A DNA stretch of 32,000 nucleotides from Candidatus Saccharimonadota bacterium. GTDB taxonomy: Bacteria; Patescibacteriota; Saccharimonadia; Saccharimonadales; Saccharimonadaceae. The stretch is taken from assembly GCA_049296095.1 (NCBI GenBank), contig JBAQRV010000001.1, positions 120,001-152,000 on the forward strand. Reading direction: 5' to 3'. Positions 1 to 7,706 of the stretch are shown piece after piece. The translations under genes were made by a program, and so were the position numbers. The notes below the pieces were generated by a model. It was not told the DNA's origin and did no database searches. It saw nothing but the letters and a program-made list of their open reading frames with translations. Positions within the stretch are counted from its first letter, which is position 1; the number at the start of each line of letters is the position of its first letter.

Positions 1-306
1 TCGGACCTTTTGCGACCGAAGCTACACGTTGAAGTCGAGAGGATTGAGCAATTTGGTAACTGGGTTGCAATACAGGTACATGATGAAAGTGTAGAAGCTG
101 AACGAGTTATGCTTAGTGAGCATCTGAGCGAGATTATCGGCATCGAGCATGATTTAGGTCCCAAAAAGCCGCATATTAGTTTATTCAAAGGGTGGCTGCA
201 GCACGTGTCAAATCTACAGGAAATTCAGGATACACTTCCTCCAATTATTGAACTTGATCGTGTCACACTTAGCATAGGACGAGCGATACCGAACAATCAA
301 GATTAG
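1..306 (+). CDS. C-terminal fragment of a hypothetical protein, possibly 2H-phosphoesterase (ThpR/LigT-like); the 5' end lies outside the window
   Basis: Frame 1 is open from base 1 to TAG at 304-306. KKPHISLFKG resembles the second H-x-(S/T)-x motif of 2H phosphoesterases. The functional call is weak. Confidence 0.45.
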   Translation, partial: SDLLRPKLHVEVERIEQFGNWVAIQVHDESVEAERVMLSEHLSEIIGIEHDLGPKKPHISLFKGWLQHVSNLQEIQDTLPPIIELDRVTLSIGRAIPNNQD

Positions 307-329
307 CACTCTCTTGACCCGAGTGCTAA
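303..329. promoter_or_regulatory. CIRCE operator (HrcA binding site), exact consensus
   Basis: TTAGCACTC (303-311), 9-nt spacer tcttgaccc, GAGTGCTAA (321-329). This is a perfect inverted repeat matching the TTAGCACTC-N9-GAGTGCTAA consensus. It overlaps the stop codon of the upstream ORF. Confidence 0.9.
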
Positions 330-341
330 TTTTGCTATACT
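314..341 (+). promoter_or_regulatory. Putative clpC-cluster promoter interlaced with CIRCE
   Basis: -35-like TTGACC (314-319) lies inside the CIRCE spacer. After a 16-nt gap comes an extended -10, TGC-TATACT (333-341). Confidence 0.45.
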
Positions 342-411
342 TGGTATAGAAAGCTCACTTGGGGAAAACTCCATAGTTGCGCTTGCTTAAAGGAGGATAG
401 ATAATAGTATT

Positions 412-2889
412 ATGGCTGATGACTTCGCAGAATTTATTTCGCATCTCACCGACAATGCTCGTACCAGCCTGCATCATGCGACATTGATTGCGCAGGGCTA
501 TGGTAGCCCATATATCGGCACCGAACACCTACTCTTGGGTGTGATGGCACAGGGTGCATCTGTTGGTGCCAAGATCTTAGCAGATGCCGGCGTGACACTA
601 GATCGCGCACAGTCAGCGCTGAATATGGTGCCAGTTTCAGCTATTGTTGGCGGAATTAGCACTAAGAGCTTGAGTGAAACAGCCAAGCTCACGCTCAAGA
701 TGAGCTGGGATATTGCTCAAGAATTTCACCAGGATTACCTAGGTACCGAACATATTCTCTACAGTATTTTGACCCAGAAGAATGCCCGAGCGACAGTGCT
801 TCTTCGTGATATGGACGTTAATATTACTGATATTGTATCTGAACTCGAGGAATACCTGGAGCGCCAGAATGATGGCTTTCAGCTTGATGATGAAACGGCG
901 ACCGAAAAAAGGAAAGTACCAACACAGAAGGGTGCCCTGGGGACATTTGGCACCGACCTCACCGCCAAAGCTCGGGCTGGCCAGCTCGACCCAGTAATTG
1001 GAAGGGCTGAACAGGAAGAGCGCCTGGTGACAATCTTGAGTCGTCGCACCAAGAACAACCCAGTCCTTATTGGTGAGCCGGGCGTTGGTAAGACAGCCAT
1101 CGTCGAGGGCATTGCCCAGCGTATTGCGAGTGAGGACGTGCCTGAACACCTGCTCGATAAGAGGATTGTGCAACTTGACCTTGCTGGCATGATTGCTGGG
1201 ACAAAGTACCGCGGTGAGTTTGAAGAGCGACTTAAAAAGGTTGTGAGCGAACTCCAAGAACAAAAGAACGTCATCGTCTTTATCGACGAGCTTCACTTGT
1301 TGGTTGGGGCCGGAGCGGCTGAAGGCGCGTTGGATGCTGCCAATATGCTCAAGCCAGCCTTGGCGCGCGGTGAGATTCGCTTGATTGGTGCGACAACCCT
1401 CGAAGAGTACCGCAAGCACATCGAGAAGGATACCGCTCTGGAGCGTCGTCTCCAAACAATCATTGTGCCTGAACCAAATCTTAAGGATGCCACTGCTATC
1501 TTGAAAGGTCTCAAGCCATACTATGAGAAGCACCACGGTGTCACGATTGATGACGAGGTGATTGAAGATGCCGTCTATATGGCTGACCGTTACATCAGCG
1601 AACGATATATGCCAGATAAGGCAATCGACGTTATCGATGAAGCGGCGGCTCATGTTCGAGTGAAGTCTGGTCGCAAACCTAGCAAGCTTCGTGACTACAT
1701 GAAGCAATTACGTAACTTGAATGAAAAGATGGAAGAAGCAGTGGTGGCTGAGGATTATGAACGAGCGGCACTCTACAAAACACGTATTAGTCAGTTGAAC
1801 GTCAAGCTTGACGAGACACGAGAGGAATATGAAAAAAAGACCCCGGTTGTTCTGAGTGATGACGATATTGCCCATGCTATCTCGCTCATGACGGGCATCC
1901 CTGTTAGTCGTGTTCAAAAATCTGAGGCGAAACTCCTCCGCAACCTCGAAGCACATCTCGAAAAGTATATTATTGGTCAGCACGAAGCGGTTGAAAAAGT
2001 ATCACGCGCGATCCGTCGCAGTCGGAGTGGCGTGGCCAGTAGCAAGCGTCCGATCGGTTCGTTTGTCTTTATGGGACCAACCGGTGTTGGTAAGACCGAG
2101 CTTGCAAAGGTGTTGGCTCGTGAAGTCTTTGGTAGTGAAGAGGCGCTCATCAAGATTGATATGAGTGAGTTCAGTGAGCGACATAACACCAGCCGTCTCT
2201 TAGGTGCGCCCGCTGGCTACGTTGGGTATGAAGATGGCGGTCAATTGACTGATAAGATCCGACGCCAGCCATACAGTGTTGTGCTGTTCGACGAGATTGA
2301 AAAAGCCAATTCAGAGGTCTTTAACCTTCTACTGCAAATTCTAGAAGATGGCTCACTAACTGATGCTAAGGGTCATAAAGTTGATTTCTCAAATGCAATC
2401 ATCATTTTGACCAGTAACCTTGGCGCCGATCGAATGATGAAGGAGTCGAGCCTTGGCTTCCATGCGGTAACGCGGGGTGATACCAAGCAGCTTGATACGG
2501 TTCATGCAGAGAACGCACAGGCTGCCGAAGAGGCGCTGGGACGAATTATGCGTCCAGAGTTAATTAATCGTTTTGACGCTATCGTGACCTTCCGTGCTTT
2601 GACACGAAAAGAAGTCAGCAAGATATTTGATACGCTACTCGGTGAGCTGCAAGCTCGTCTCGTCCGAAAGGGTATTCACCTAGTAGTTGAACCATCAGCA
2701 AAGCGTTTGATTATTCAGGAAGGTCACGACGAGAAGTATGGCGCTCGGCCACTCCGTCGTGCAATGCAAGATATGTTAGAACACCAAATTGCTGACGGCA
2801 TCCTTTCTGGAGAATATGAAAAGGGGACGGTACTCAACGTAACGGCAGCGAAAGGCAAGATATTGATTCATGTTGGCCAAGAAGCCTAG
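412..2889 (+). CDS. clpC: ATP-dependent Clp protease ATP-binding subunit ClpC (class III Hsp100)
   Basis: 825-aa ORF with tandem Clp_N repeats. Walker A GEPGVGKT (NBD1) and GPTGVGKT (NBD2). UVR-like linker [16 protein letters not shown]. ClpP-docking LGF loop. AGGAGG at 391-396. Confidence 0.95.
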   Translation: MADDFAEFISHLTDNARTSLHHATLIAQGYGSPYIGTEHLLLGVMAQGASVGAKILADAGVTLDRAQSALNMVPVSAIVGGISTKSLSETAKLTLKMSWDIAQEFHQDYLGTEHILYSILTQKNARATVLLRDMDVNITDIVSELEEYLERQNDGFQLDDETATEKRKVPTQKGALGTFGTDLTAKARAGQLDPVIGRAEQEERLVTILSRRTKNNPVLIGEPGVGKTAIVEGIAQRIASEDVPEHLLDKRIVQLDLAGMIAGTKYRGEFEERLKKVVSELQEQKNVIVFIDELHLLVGAGAAEGALDAANMLKPALARGEIRLIGATTLEEYRKHIEKDTALERRLQTIIVPEPNLKDATAILKGLKPYYEKHHGVTIDDEVIEDAVYMADRYISERYMPDKAIDVIDEAAAHVRVKSGRKPSKLRDYMKQLRNLNEKMEEAVVAEDYERAALYKTRISQLNVKLDETREEYEKKTPVVLSDDDIAHAISLMTGIPVSRVQKSEAKLLRNLEAHLEKYIIGQHEAVEKVSRAIRRSRSGVASSKRPIGSFVFMGPTGVGKTELAKVLAREVFGSEEALIKIDMSEFSERHNTSRLLGAPAGYVGYEDGGQLTDKIRRQPYSVVLFDEIEKANSEVFNLLLQILEDGSLTDAKGHKVDFSNAIIILTSNLGADRMMKESSLGFHAVTRGDTKQLDTVHAENAQAAEEALGRIMRPELINRFDAIVTFRALTRKEVSKIFDTLLGELQARLVRKGIHLVVEPSAKRLIIQEGHDEKYGARPLRRAMQDMLEHQIADGILSGEYEKGTVLNVTAAKGKILIHVGQEA

Positions 2890-3874
2890 TCGTTACTTAG
2901 GGACTATCACTACTGTTGTACTCAGTATTACTATCTTTGTCTTTGCTGGTTGGCTGCTTTTAAATCGACAATATGCCGCTGACCAAGTAAGCGTCTGGGC
3001 ATACAATCCTCCAGCTGAAGTACAGGCGATTGAAGATCGGGTCGATTTTACAGATAAAGGAAAATTTTACTTTTACGCAACCCAGCCGGTGATTGCCAAT
3101 GCCGAGAGCTTTAATGAGAGCTGCCCTCGACAAGAGACAGGTAACCCAATTATTGGCTGTTATGCGATGGGTCGGATTTACGTTTACAACATCACGAACC
3201 AGCAACTTGACGGTATCGAAGAGGTGACGGCAGCTCATGAAATGCTCCATGCTGTGTGGGAGCGGATGAGTACGAAGGATCAAGAAAAGGTAGGAAAACT
3301 GCTCGAAGAAGCCTATGCGAAGGTAGGGAACGCTGAACTCAAGGGGAGGATGGATTACTACGCGCGAACTGAGCCTGGACAGTTCCATAATGAGCTCCAT
3401 TCGATTTTCGGGACAGAAGTGCCGAATCTCGGGGATGACCTCGAAGACTACTACGCTCAGTACTTTAATGATCGTCAAGCGGTTCTTGCCTACAACGAAC
3501 AATATAGTAGCGTTTTCAAGGGACTCGCCGCCCAAGCCGAGACTTTAGCGTCGGAGCTAGGAACCTTAGCTGCCAGTATCGGCGGGCGAACCGAAGCCTT
3601 TAATGCAGAGAGCGCTCAGCTGTCGGCTGATATTCAGGCCTTTAACGACCGCGCGGCGGCCAATGATTTTCAGTCACAAGCTGAGTTTAACAGGGAAAGA
3701 GCGGCATTAGTGGCGCGCACAAACCAACTAGACAATGAACGTCAGGCCATCAATGCTGACATTGTGACCTACAATGAGAAGTACGACCAATACGTCGCGG
3801 TTGCGACACAAATCGAATTATTAAATAAAAGTATCGATAGTATAAAAGCCCTCGAACCAACGCCTTCGTTGTAG
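2870..3874 (+). CDS. Membrane-anchored hypothetical protein with an HExxH motif (putative Zn-metallopeptidase) and a C-terminal coiled coil
   Basis: 334-aa ORF overlapping the clpC 3' end by 20 nt. N-terminal TM helix ITTVVLSITIFVFAGWLLL. AAHEMLHAVWE (HExxH). The C-terminal ~110 aa are a heptad-like Ala/Gln/Asn-rich helix. Confidence 0.7.
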   Translation: MLAKKPSRYLGTITTVVLSITIFVFAGWLLLNRQYAADQVSVWAYNPPAEVQAIEDRVDFTDKGKFYFYATQPVIANAESFNESCPRQETGNPIIGCYAMGRIYVYNITNQQLDGIEEVTAAHEMLHAVWERMSTKDQEKVGKLLEEAYAKVGNAELKGRMDYYARTEPGQFHNELHSIFGTEVPNLGDDLEDYYAQYFNDRQAVLAYNEQYSSVFKGLAAQAETLASELGTLAASIGGRTEAFNAESAQLSADIQAFNDRAAANDFQSQAEFNRERAALVARTNQLDNERQAINADIVTYNEKYDQYVAVATQIELLNKSIDSIKALEPTPSL

Positions 3875-3899
3875 GCGAGTAAGCTATACTAGAATTAAT

Positions 3900-5252
3900 A
3901 TGGCAAAAGCAAAAACTCAGTTTGTCTGTCAAAATTGCGGAGCGGTGCATAGTAAATGGTCAGGCCGCTGTGATAATTGTGGCGAGTGGAATACATTAGT
4001 CGAACAGGCGGCAGAGCTCGGCAAGTCTTCGGTTGCAAAGGCTAGTTCGACAGGCCGTGCTTTACAGGTTCAATCCATCAAGACGATTAGCTCGACCGAA
4101 GGCAATGTTCGAATGGGAACAGGGACGCGCGATCTTGATACGGTTTTGGGCGGCGGTATCCTACCAGGTGCGGTCGTGCTGGTTGCGGGACAACCTGGTA
4201 TCGGCAAGAGCACCCTGCTGCTTCAGGTGACCGCTCATGTTGCAGAAACCGAACCGGTCCTATATATCAGCGGTGAGGAGTCGGCCAGTCAGGTAAAGCT
4301 TCGAGCAGAACGTCTGGGTGCTCAAAAGAACGAGCAGCTTGATTTTGCCGCCAGTACGAGTGCGAATGATATCGCCGCAACGATTCGCACGGGAAAGTAT
4401 AAGTTGGTTATTGTCGACTCAATTCAGACTTTGGCACTCGATGACATTACGAGTGCACCGGGAACGGTCAGTCAGATTACCAATAGCAGCAATGTCTTGA
4501 TTCGAGCCGCCAAAGAGGCGGGTACGGCTGTTATCTTGGTCGGTCATGTCACTAAAGAGGGCAGTATCGCTGGTCCAAAGGTCCTTGAACACCTTGTCGA
4601 TGTCGTGCTGCAGTTTGAGGGTGACCGCTATGGGGGCTTTAAAGTCGTGCGAGCCGTCAAGAATCGCTTTGGATCGACCAATGAAGCAGCGATCTTTGAG
4701 ATGTACGAAGAAGGTCTACGGGTTGTTGAGAACCCCTCCGCTGCCTTGCTGGCCGAGCGTCAATCAGCCGATGGCTCGGTCGTCCTCGCGACGATGGAAG
4801 GCACTCGGCCACTGCTGGTAGAGATCCAAGCCCTTGTGAATCCGACCAGTTTCGGGTATCCTAAGCGTACTGCCAGTGGGTTTGATCTCAATCGACTTAA
4901 TCTGCTCATCGCTGTACTCGAGCGACGAACAAAATTGAACTTATCCGACAAAGATATCTATATCAACGTCGTTGGAGGACTCAAACTCGCGGACCAGGCG
5001 GCTGATCTGGCGATCTGTATGGCTATTGCCAGTGCTGCGGCAGGACGTCAGATCGACGATGGGATCGTCGTCTTTGGAGAAGTGGGACTTGGCGGTGAGG
5101 TTCGTTCGGTGGTTGGTGTTGAAAAGCGCATTGCTGAAGCGAAGAAGCTCGGTTTTACCAAAGCTATTGCTCCTAAAACCAGTACAAAAAATTCATTCAT
5201 TAAACCAGTAGGTGATCTGCGTACAGCGTTGATCGACTACTTACAAAAATAA
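3900..5252 (+). CDS. radA: DNA repair protein RadA/Sms
   Basis: 450 aa. N-terminal zinc ribbon CQNCG...CDNCGEW. Walker A GQPGIGKST. KNRFG motif. Lon-protease-like C-terminal domain. Confidence 0.95.
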   Translation: MAKAKTQFVCQNCGAVHSKWSGRCDNCGEWNTLVEQAAELGKSSVAKASSTGRALQVQSIKTISSTEGNVRMGTGTRDLDTVLGGGILPGAVVLVAGQPGIGKSTLLLQVTAHVAETEPVLYISGEESASQVKLRAERLGAQKNEQLDFAASTSANDIAATIRTGKYKLVIVDSIQTLALDDITSAPGTVSQITNSSNVLIRAAKEAGTAVILVGHVTKEGSIAGPKVLEHLVDVVLQFEGDRYGGFKVVRAVKNRFGSTNEAAIFEMYEEGLRVVENPSAALLAERQSADGSVVLATMEGTRPLLVEIQALVNPTSFGYPKRTASGFDLNRLNLLIAVLERRTKLNLSDKDIYINVVGGLKLADQAADLAICMAIASAAAGRQIDDGIVVFGEVGLGGEVRSVVGVEKRIAEAKKLGFTKAIAPKTSTKNSFIKPVGDLRTALIDYLQK

Positions 5253-5259
5253 GGAAATT

Positions 5260-6207
5260 ATGGAACTAATTATTACATTCGTGCTGCTAGGATTAATCGC
5301 AGCCGAGACGACCTATTTAACGGTCTTACAAACACGAAAAGCAAAACACTCAAAGAAACAACACATGCCAATCTTTGTCGACACGTCAGTCTTGATTGAC
5401 GGACGTATTATGGCGATTGCCGAATCAGGCTTTATCACTAGTACACTGTACATTCCACGAAGTGTCGTAGGAGAGTTGCAGTACTTGGCTGATAACGCTG
5501 ATAGCGACAAGCGAGCGCGGGCTCGTCACGGACTGGATGTTATTAACGATCTGCAAAACCTCAAGACGGTGAAGACAGAGATCTTTACCGATAGTACCCG
5601 TGCAGAAGAAGGGGTCGACAACCGTCTATTGAAACTCGCTAAAGAGTACAATGGAACAATTTGTACGATTGATTTTAACCTGAACAAAGTCGCACAGGTC
5701 GAGGGCATCCCAGTATTGAACGTTAATGATCTAGCGATGAACCTCCGCATGGCGTTCTTGCCTGGTGAAAAGACCAAGCTAGAATTGACACAAAAGGGCA
5801 ATGATTCTCATCAAGCGGTCGGGCATCTGCCTGATGGCACAATGGTGGTCGTCGAGCACGGCAGCCAGTTTATGGGCAAGACGGTCGAAATTGAATTTAT
5901 TCGTAGCCTCCAAACAGCTGCTGGCAAGATGATGTTTGCCCGTATCGTAGGTAACCAGCCACCTGCCAAGCAATCGAAGTCTGCTCCGCAGTCTCCAAAG
6001 CCTCCTAAAGGCCGTCAGCCACGTCACAGTGAGCCGAAAGCATCAAAACCTGCACCTGTCGCTATTCCTGTGCCAGAAGTCCCACCAGCGCCCGTAAGGC
6101 CACAGCGAACTGCGCAGCAGTCATCGCAACCTCGTCCAACCCGTCAGAACAATAATCGACGCCGCAATAATGAGGATAGTTTGATTGAGTTGGCGAATAA
6201 GCAGTAG
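5260..6207 (+). CDS. PIN/TRAM domain protein (YacL-like), membrane anchored, with a Pro/Gln-rich C-terminal tail
   Basis: 315 aa. N-terminal TM helix. PIN-type PIFVDTSVLIDGRI. TRAM-like GKTVEIEFIRSLQTAAGKMMFARIV. SD AAGGA upstream. It occupies the position downstream of radA that yacL holds in Bacillus-type clusters. Confidence 0.8.
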   Translation: MELIITFVLLGLIAAETTYLTVLQTRKAKHSKKQHMPIFVDTSVLIDGRIMAIAESGFITSTLYIPRSVVGELQYLADNADSDKRARARHGLDVINDLQNLKTVKTEIFTDSTRAEEGVDNRLLKLAKEYNGTICTIDFNLNKVAQVEGIPVLNVNDLAMNLRMAFLPGEKTKLELTQKGNDSHQAVGHLPDGTMVVVEHGSQFMGKTVEIEFIRSLQTAAGKMMFARIVGNQPPAKQSKSAPQSPKPPKGRQPRHSEPKASKPAPVAIPVPEVPPAPVRPQRTAQQSSQPRPTRQNNNRRRNNEDSLIELANKQ

Positions 6208-6265
6208 GGTACGTTAGTCGGGTTCGAATCCCTCATGCTTTATTTCTGTTAAAATACTAGTACCT

Positions 6266-6898
6266 ATGGATGATGAGAACTGGTCAAACTTACATAAGAT
6301 ATATAGTCAAAAGGACTGGGCAAAGCTGCCATCAATCTTTGCAACCCAAGCTATTCGTTATTTTCCTCCAAGCGGATCGTTACTAGATTTAGGTGCGGGT
6401 GTTGGTCAGGACAGTATCTACTTCGCGGAAAATCGATACGACGTTACTGCAACAGACTTATTTGTTGAGACACTGTCTCAGAATATTACACAAAGAACAC
6501 ATCAACACATCACTGTAGAGCCTGTCGACCTACGTAAGAAGTTGTTATATGACGACGCAACGTTTAATATCGTGTACGCACATTTGTCACTCCATTATTT
6601 TGATCATCAGACAACAGAGCAAATTTTCAGTGAGGTGTATCGTGTATTGAAACCGGGGGGTGTATTTGCTCTATTTGCAAATGCGACGACGGATCCTGAG
6701 TATGGTACGGGTGTTGAGATAGAGCCGGATTATTTTCTCATTGATGGAGTTGCAAAGAGGTATTTCTCAAAGGAAAGCATAGGAGTTTATTTACATGACT
6801 TTGAAACTATCCTTATCGATTCAGACGGGGAGACATATAAGGACCGCGAAATAGGTGTTCATAATTTGATTAGAGTAATCTGCAGGAAGCCTTCGTAG
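6266..6898 (+). CDS. Class I SAM-dependent methyltransferase (small-molecule/Methyltransf_11-25-like)
   Basis: 210 aa. Motif I LLDLGAGVGQDSIYFAE. Post-I/II VLKPGGVFALF. No DPPY/NPPY DNA-MTase motif. TGTTAAAAT (6247-6255) lies 10 nt upstream of the ATG and there is no SD. Confidence 0.8.
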   Translation: MDDENWSNLHKIYSQKDWAKLPSIFATQAIRYFPPSGSLLDLGAGVGQDSIYFAENRYDVTATDLFVETLSQNITQRTHQHITVEPVDLRKKLLYDDATFNIVYAHLSLHYFDHQTTEQIFSEVYRVLKPGGVFALFANATTDPEYGTGVEIEPDYFLIDGVAKRYFSKESIGVYLHDFETILIDSDGETYKDREIGVHNLIRVICRKPS

Positions 6899-6900
6899 TA

Positions 6901-6928
6901 TTGATATTTTCTATAAAAGTGGTATAAT
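6901..6928 (+). promoter_or_regulatory. Near-consensus sigma70-type promoter for the GC-rich ORF
   Basis: TTGATA (6901-6906), 16-nt spacer, extended -10 TGG-TATAAT (6920-6928). Confidence 0.6.
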
Positions 6929-6973
6929 TTTAGTCAAGCTATTTGATGCTACACCAAACCATTGGAGTTCCTT

Positions 6974-7393
6974 ATGTCATCGGACCAAAAGAGTCCCCTG
7001 CACGCAAGTGCGCTTCGTCTTCGCGACATCACGCCTGGTCGGCGTATCGTCGTGTTCAACGTTGCAAAGGGAGTTCGCTCACGCTACACGGTCACTGGTC
7101 GTCCGGTGATCCAGAAGATCTGGCTCATGGACAATGAGTCACGCTCGATCATGATTCCGATTGGAGGTTTCGGCGAGGGTGTCGATTTCGCAACCGACCT
7201 CGGGCTCGTGCCCTACCCGCCTTCGGTTTTGGACGGTGGGTGGAACCCCTACGTCTTCAGTATCGATGCGCGTAAGGAGCACCTGCTCCCTCGGCCCGAC
7301 CTCGATCGTTTGAGCGATCGGCACCGCGAGTTGGGCGGCTGGCCCACTAGTGGGCGCTTCGATGCCTTTGCTGCGATGGTCGGAGGAGATTGA
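6974..7393 (+). CDS. Hypothetical protein, GC-rich ORFan (139 aa from ATG 6974; the ORF track offers TTG 6962)
   Basis: GGAG at 6963-6966 lies 7 nt before ATG 6974. The ORF is visibly more GC-rich than both flanks. No recognisable motif. Confidence 0.6.
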   Translation: MSSDQKSPLHASALRLRDITPGRRIVVFNVAKGVRSRYTVTGRPVIQKIWLMDNESRSIMIPIGGFGEGVDFATDLGLVPYPPSVLDGGWNPYVFSIDARKEHLLPRPDLDRLSDRHRELGGWPTSGRFDAFAAMVGGD

Positions 7394-7552
7394 ACAGCTC
7401 CGTGCATCAAATGCGTAGCCCTGCTCGTCCACAAAGCTTCAAGCTTCGTGTTGATGACGCGGGGCTTGTTGCTTTCTTTGGATAATTGCAAACAATCTCG
7501 ACCCAAGCTATCATACAACGAACCTTGGAATAAGGAAGTTATTACACTTGTT

Positions 7553-7576
7553 GTTCGAATCCCATAATCCCAGCCA
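7553..7576 (+). pseudogene. Relic of a tRNA 3' end (T-loop to CCA) lacking its 5' two-thirds
   Basis: G-TTCGAAT-CCCAT-AATCCCA-G-CCA parses as G53, T-loop, 3' T-stem strand, 3' acceptor strand, discriminator and CCA. The complementary ATGGG and TGGGATT are absent upstream. A terminator follows 12 nt later, as at the intact tRNAs here. Confidence 0.45.
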
Positions 7577-7588
7577 AGCATTGCATAT

Positions 7589-7612
7589 AAAACGACCTAT
7601 ATGGGTCGTTTT
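7589..7612. terminator. Rho-independent, bidirectional-type terminator
   Basis: AAAACGACC (7589-7597), 6-nt loop, GGTCGTTTT (7604-7612), then GATTTT. Confidence 0.75.
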
Positions 7613-7641
7613 GATTTTAGGGGCGGCTATCAATAAATTAT

Positions 7642-7698
7642 TTGACATATAAGAATAAGCATTTTAAAATTGCCTAATTCCGTTTTTTGGCATATAAT
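7642..7698 (+). promoter_or_regulatory. Two tandem promoter-like elements upstream of the 440-aa ORF
   Basis: P1 is TTGACA (7642-7647), 17 nt, TAAAAT (7665-7670). P2 is TTGCCT (7670-7675), 17 nt, TATAAT (7693-7698). P2's -10 ends 8 nt before ATG 7707, and there is no SD. Confidence 0.55.
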
Positions 7699-7706
7699 TT
7701 GACTCA

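Noticed and set aside
330-411. Looked for CtsR boxes (tandem A/GGTCAAA heptads) upstream of clpC, and likewise upstream of clpP
   Set aside because: No such repeat is present at either site. Only CIRCE is present.
739-1707. 322-aa minus-strand ORF (with nested ORFs at 879-1274, 1293-1514 and 1708-1983) antisense to clpC
   Set aside because: It lies entirely inside a confidently identified clpC reading frame. It has no motifs and no SD or promoter context. These are typical shadow ORFs.
7434-7447. Tandem AAGCTTC-AAGCTTC
   Set aside because: Two copies of a 7-mer. It is too short to interpret.
7249-7581. 110-aa minus-strand ORF spanning the 3' end of the GC-rich gene and the tRNA-relic region
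   Set aside because: About half of it is antisense to the better-supported plus-strand ORF. Its start overlaps the tRNA-like relic. The translation is low-complexity and Arg/Ser-rich, with no SD.
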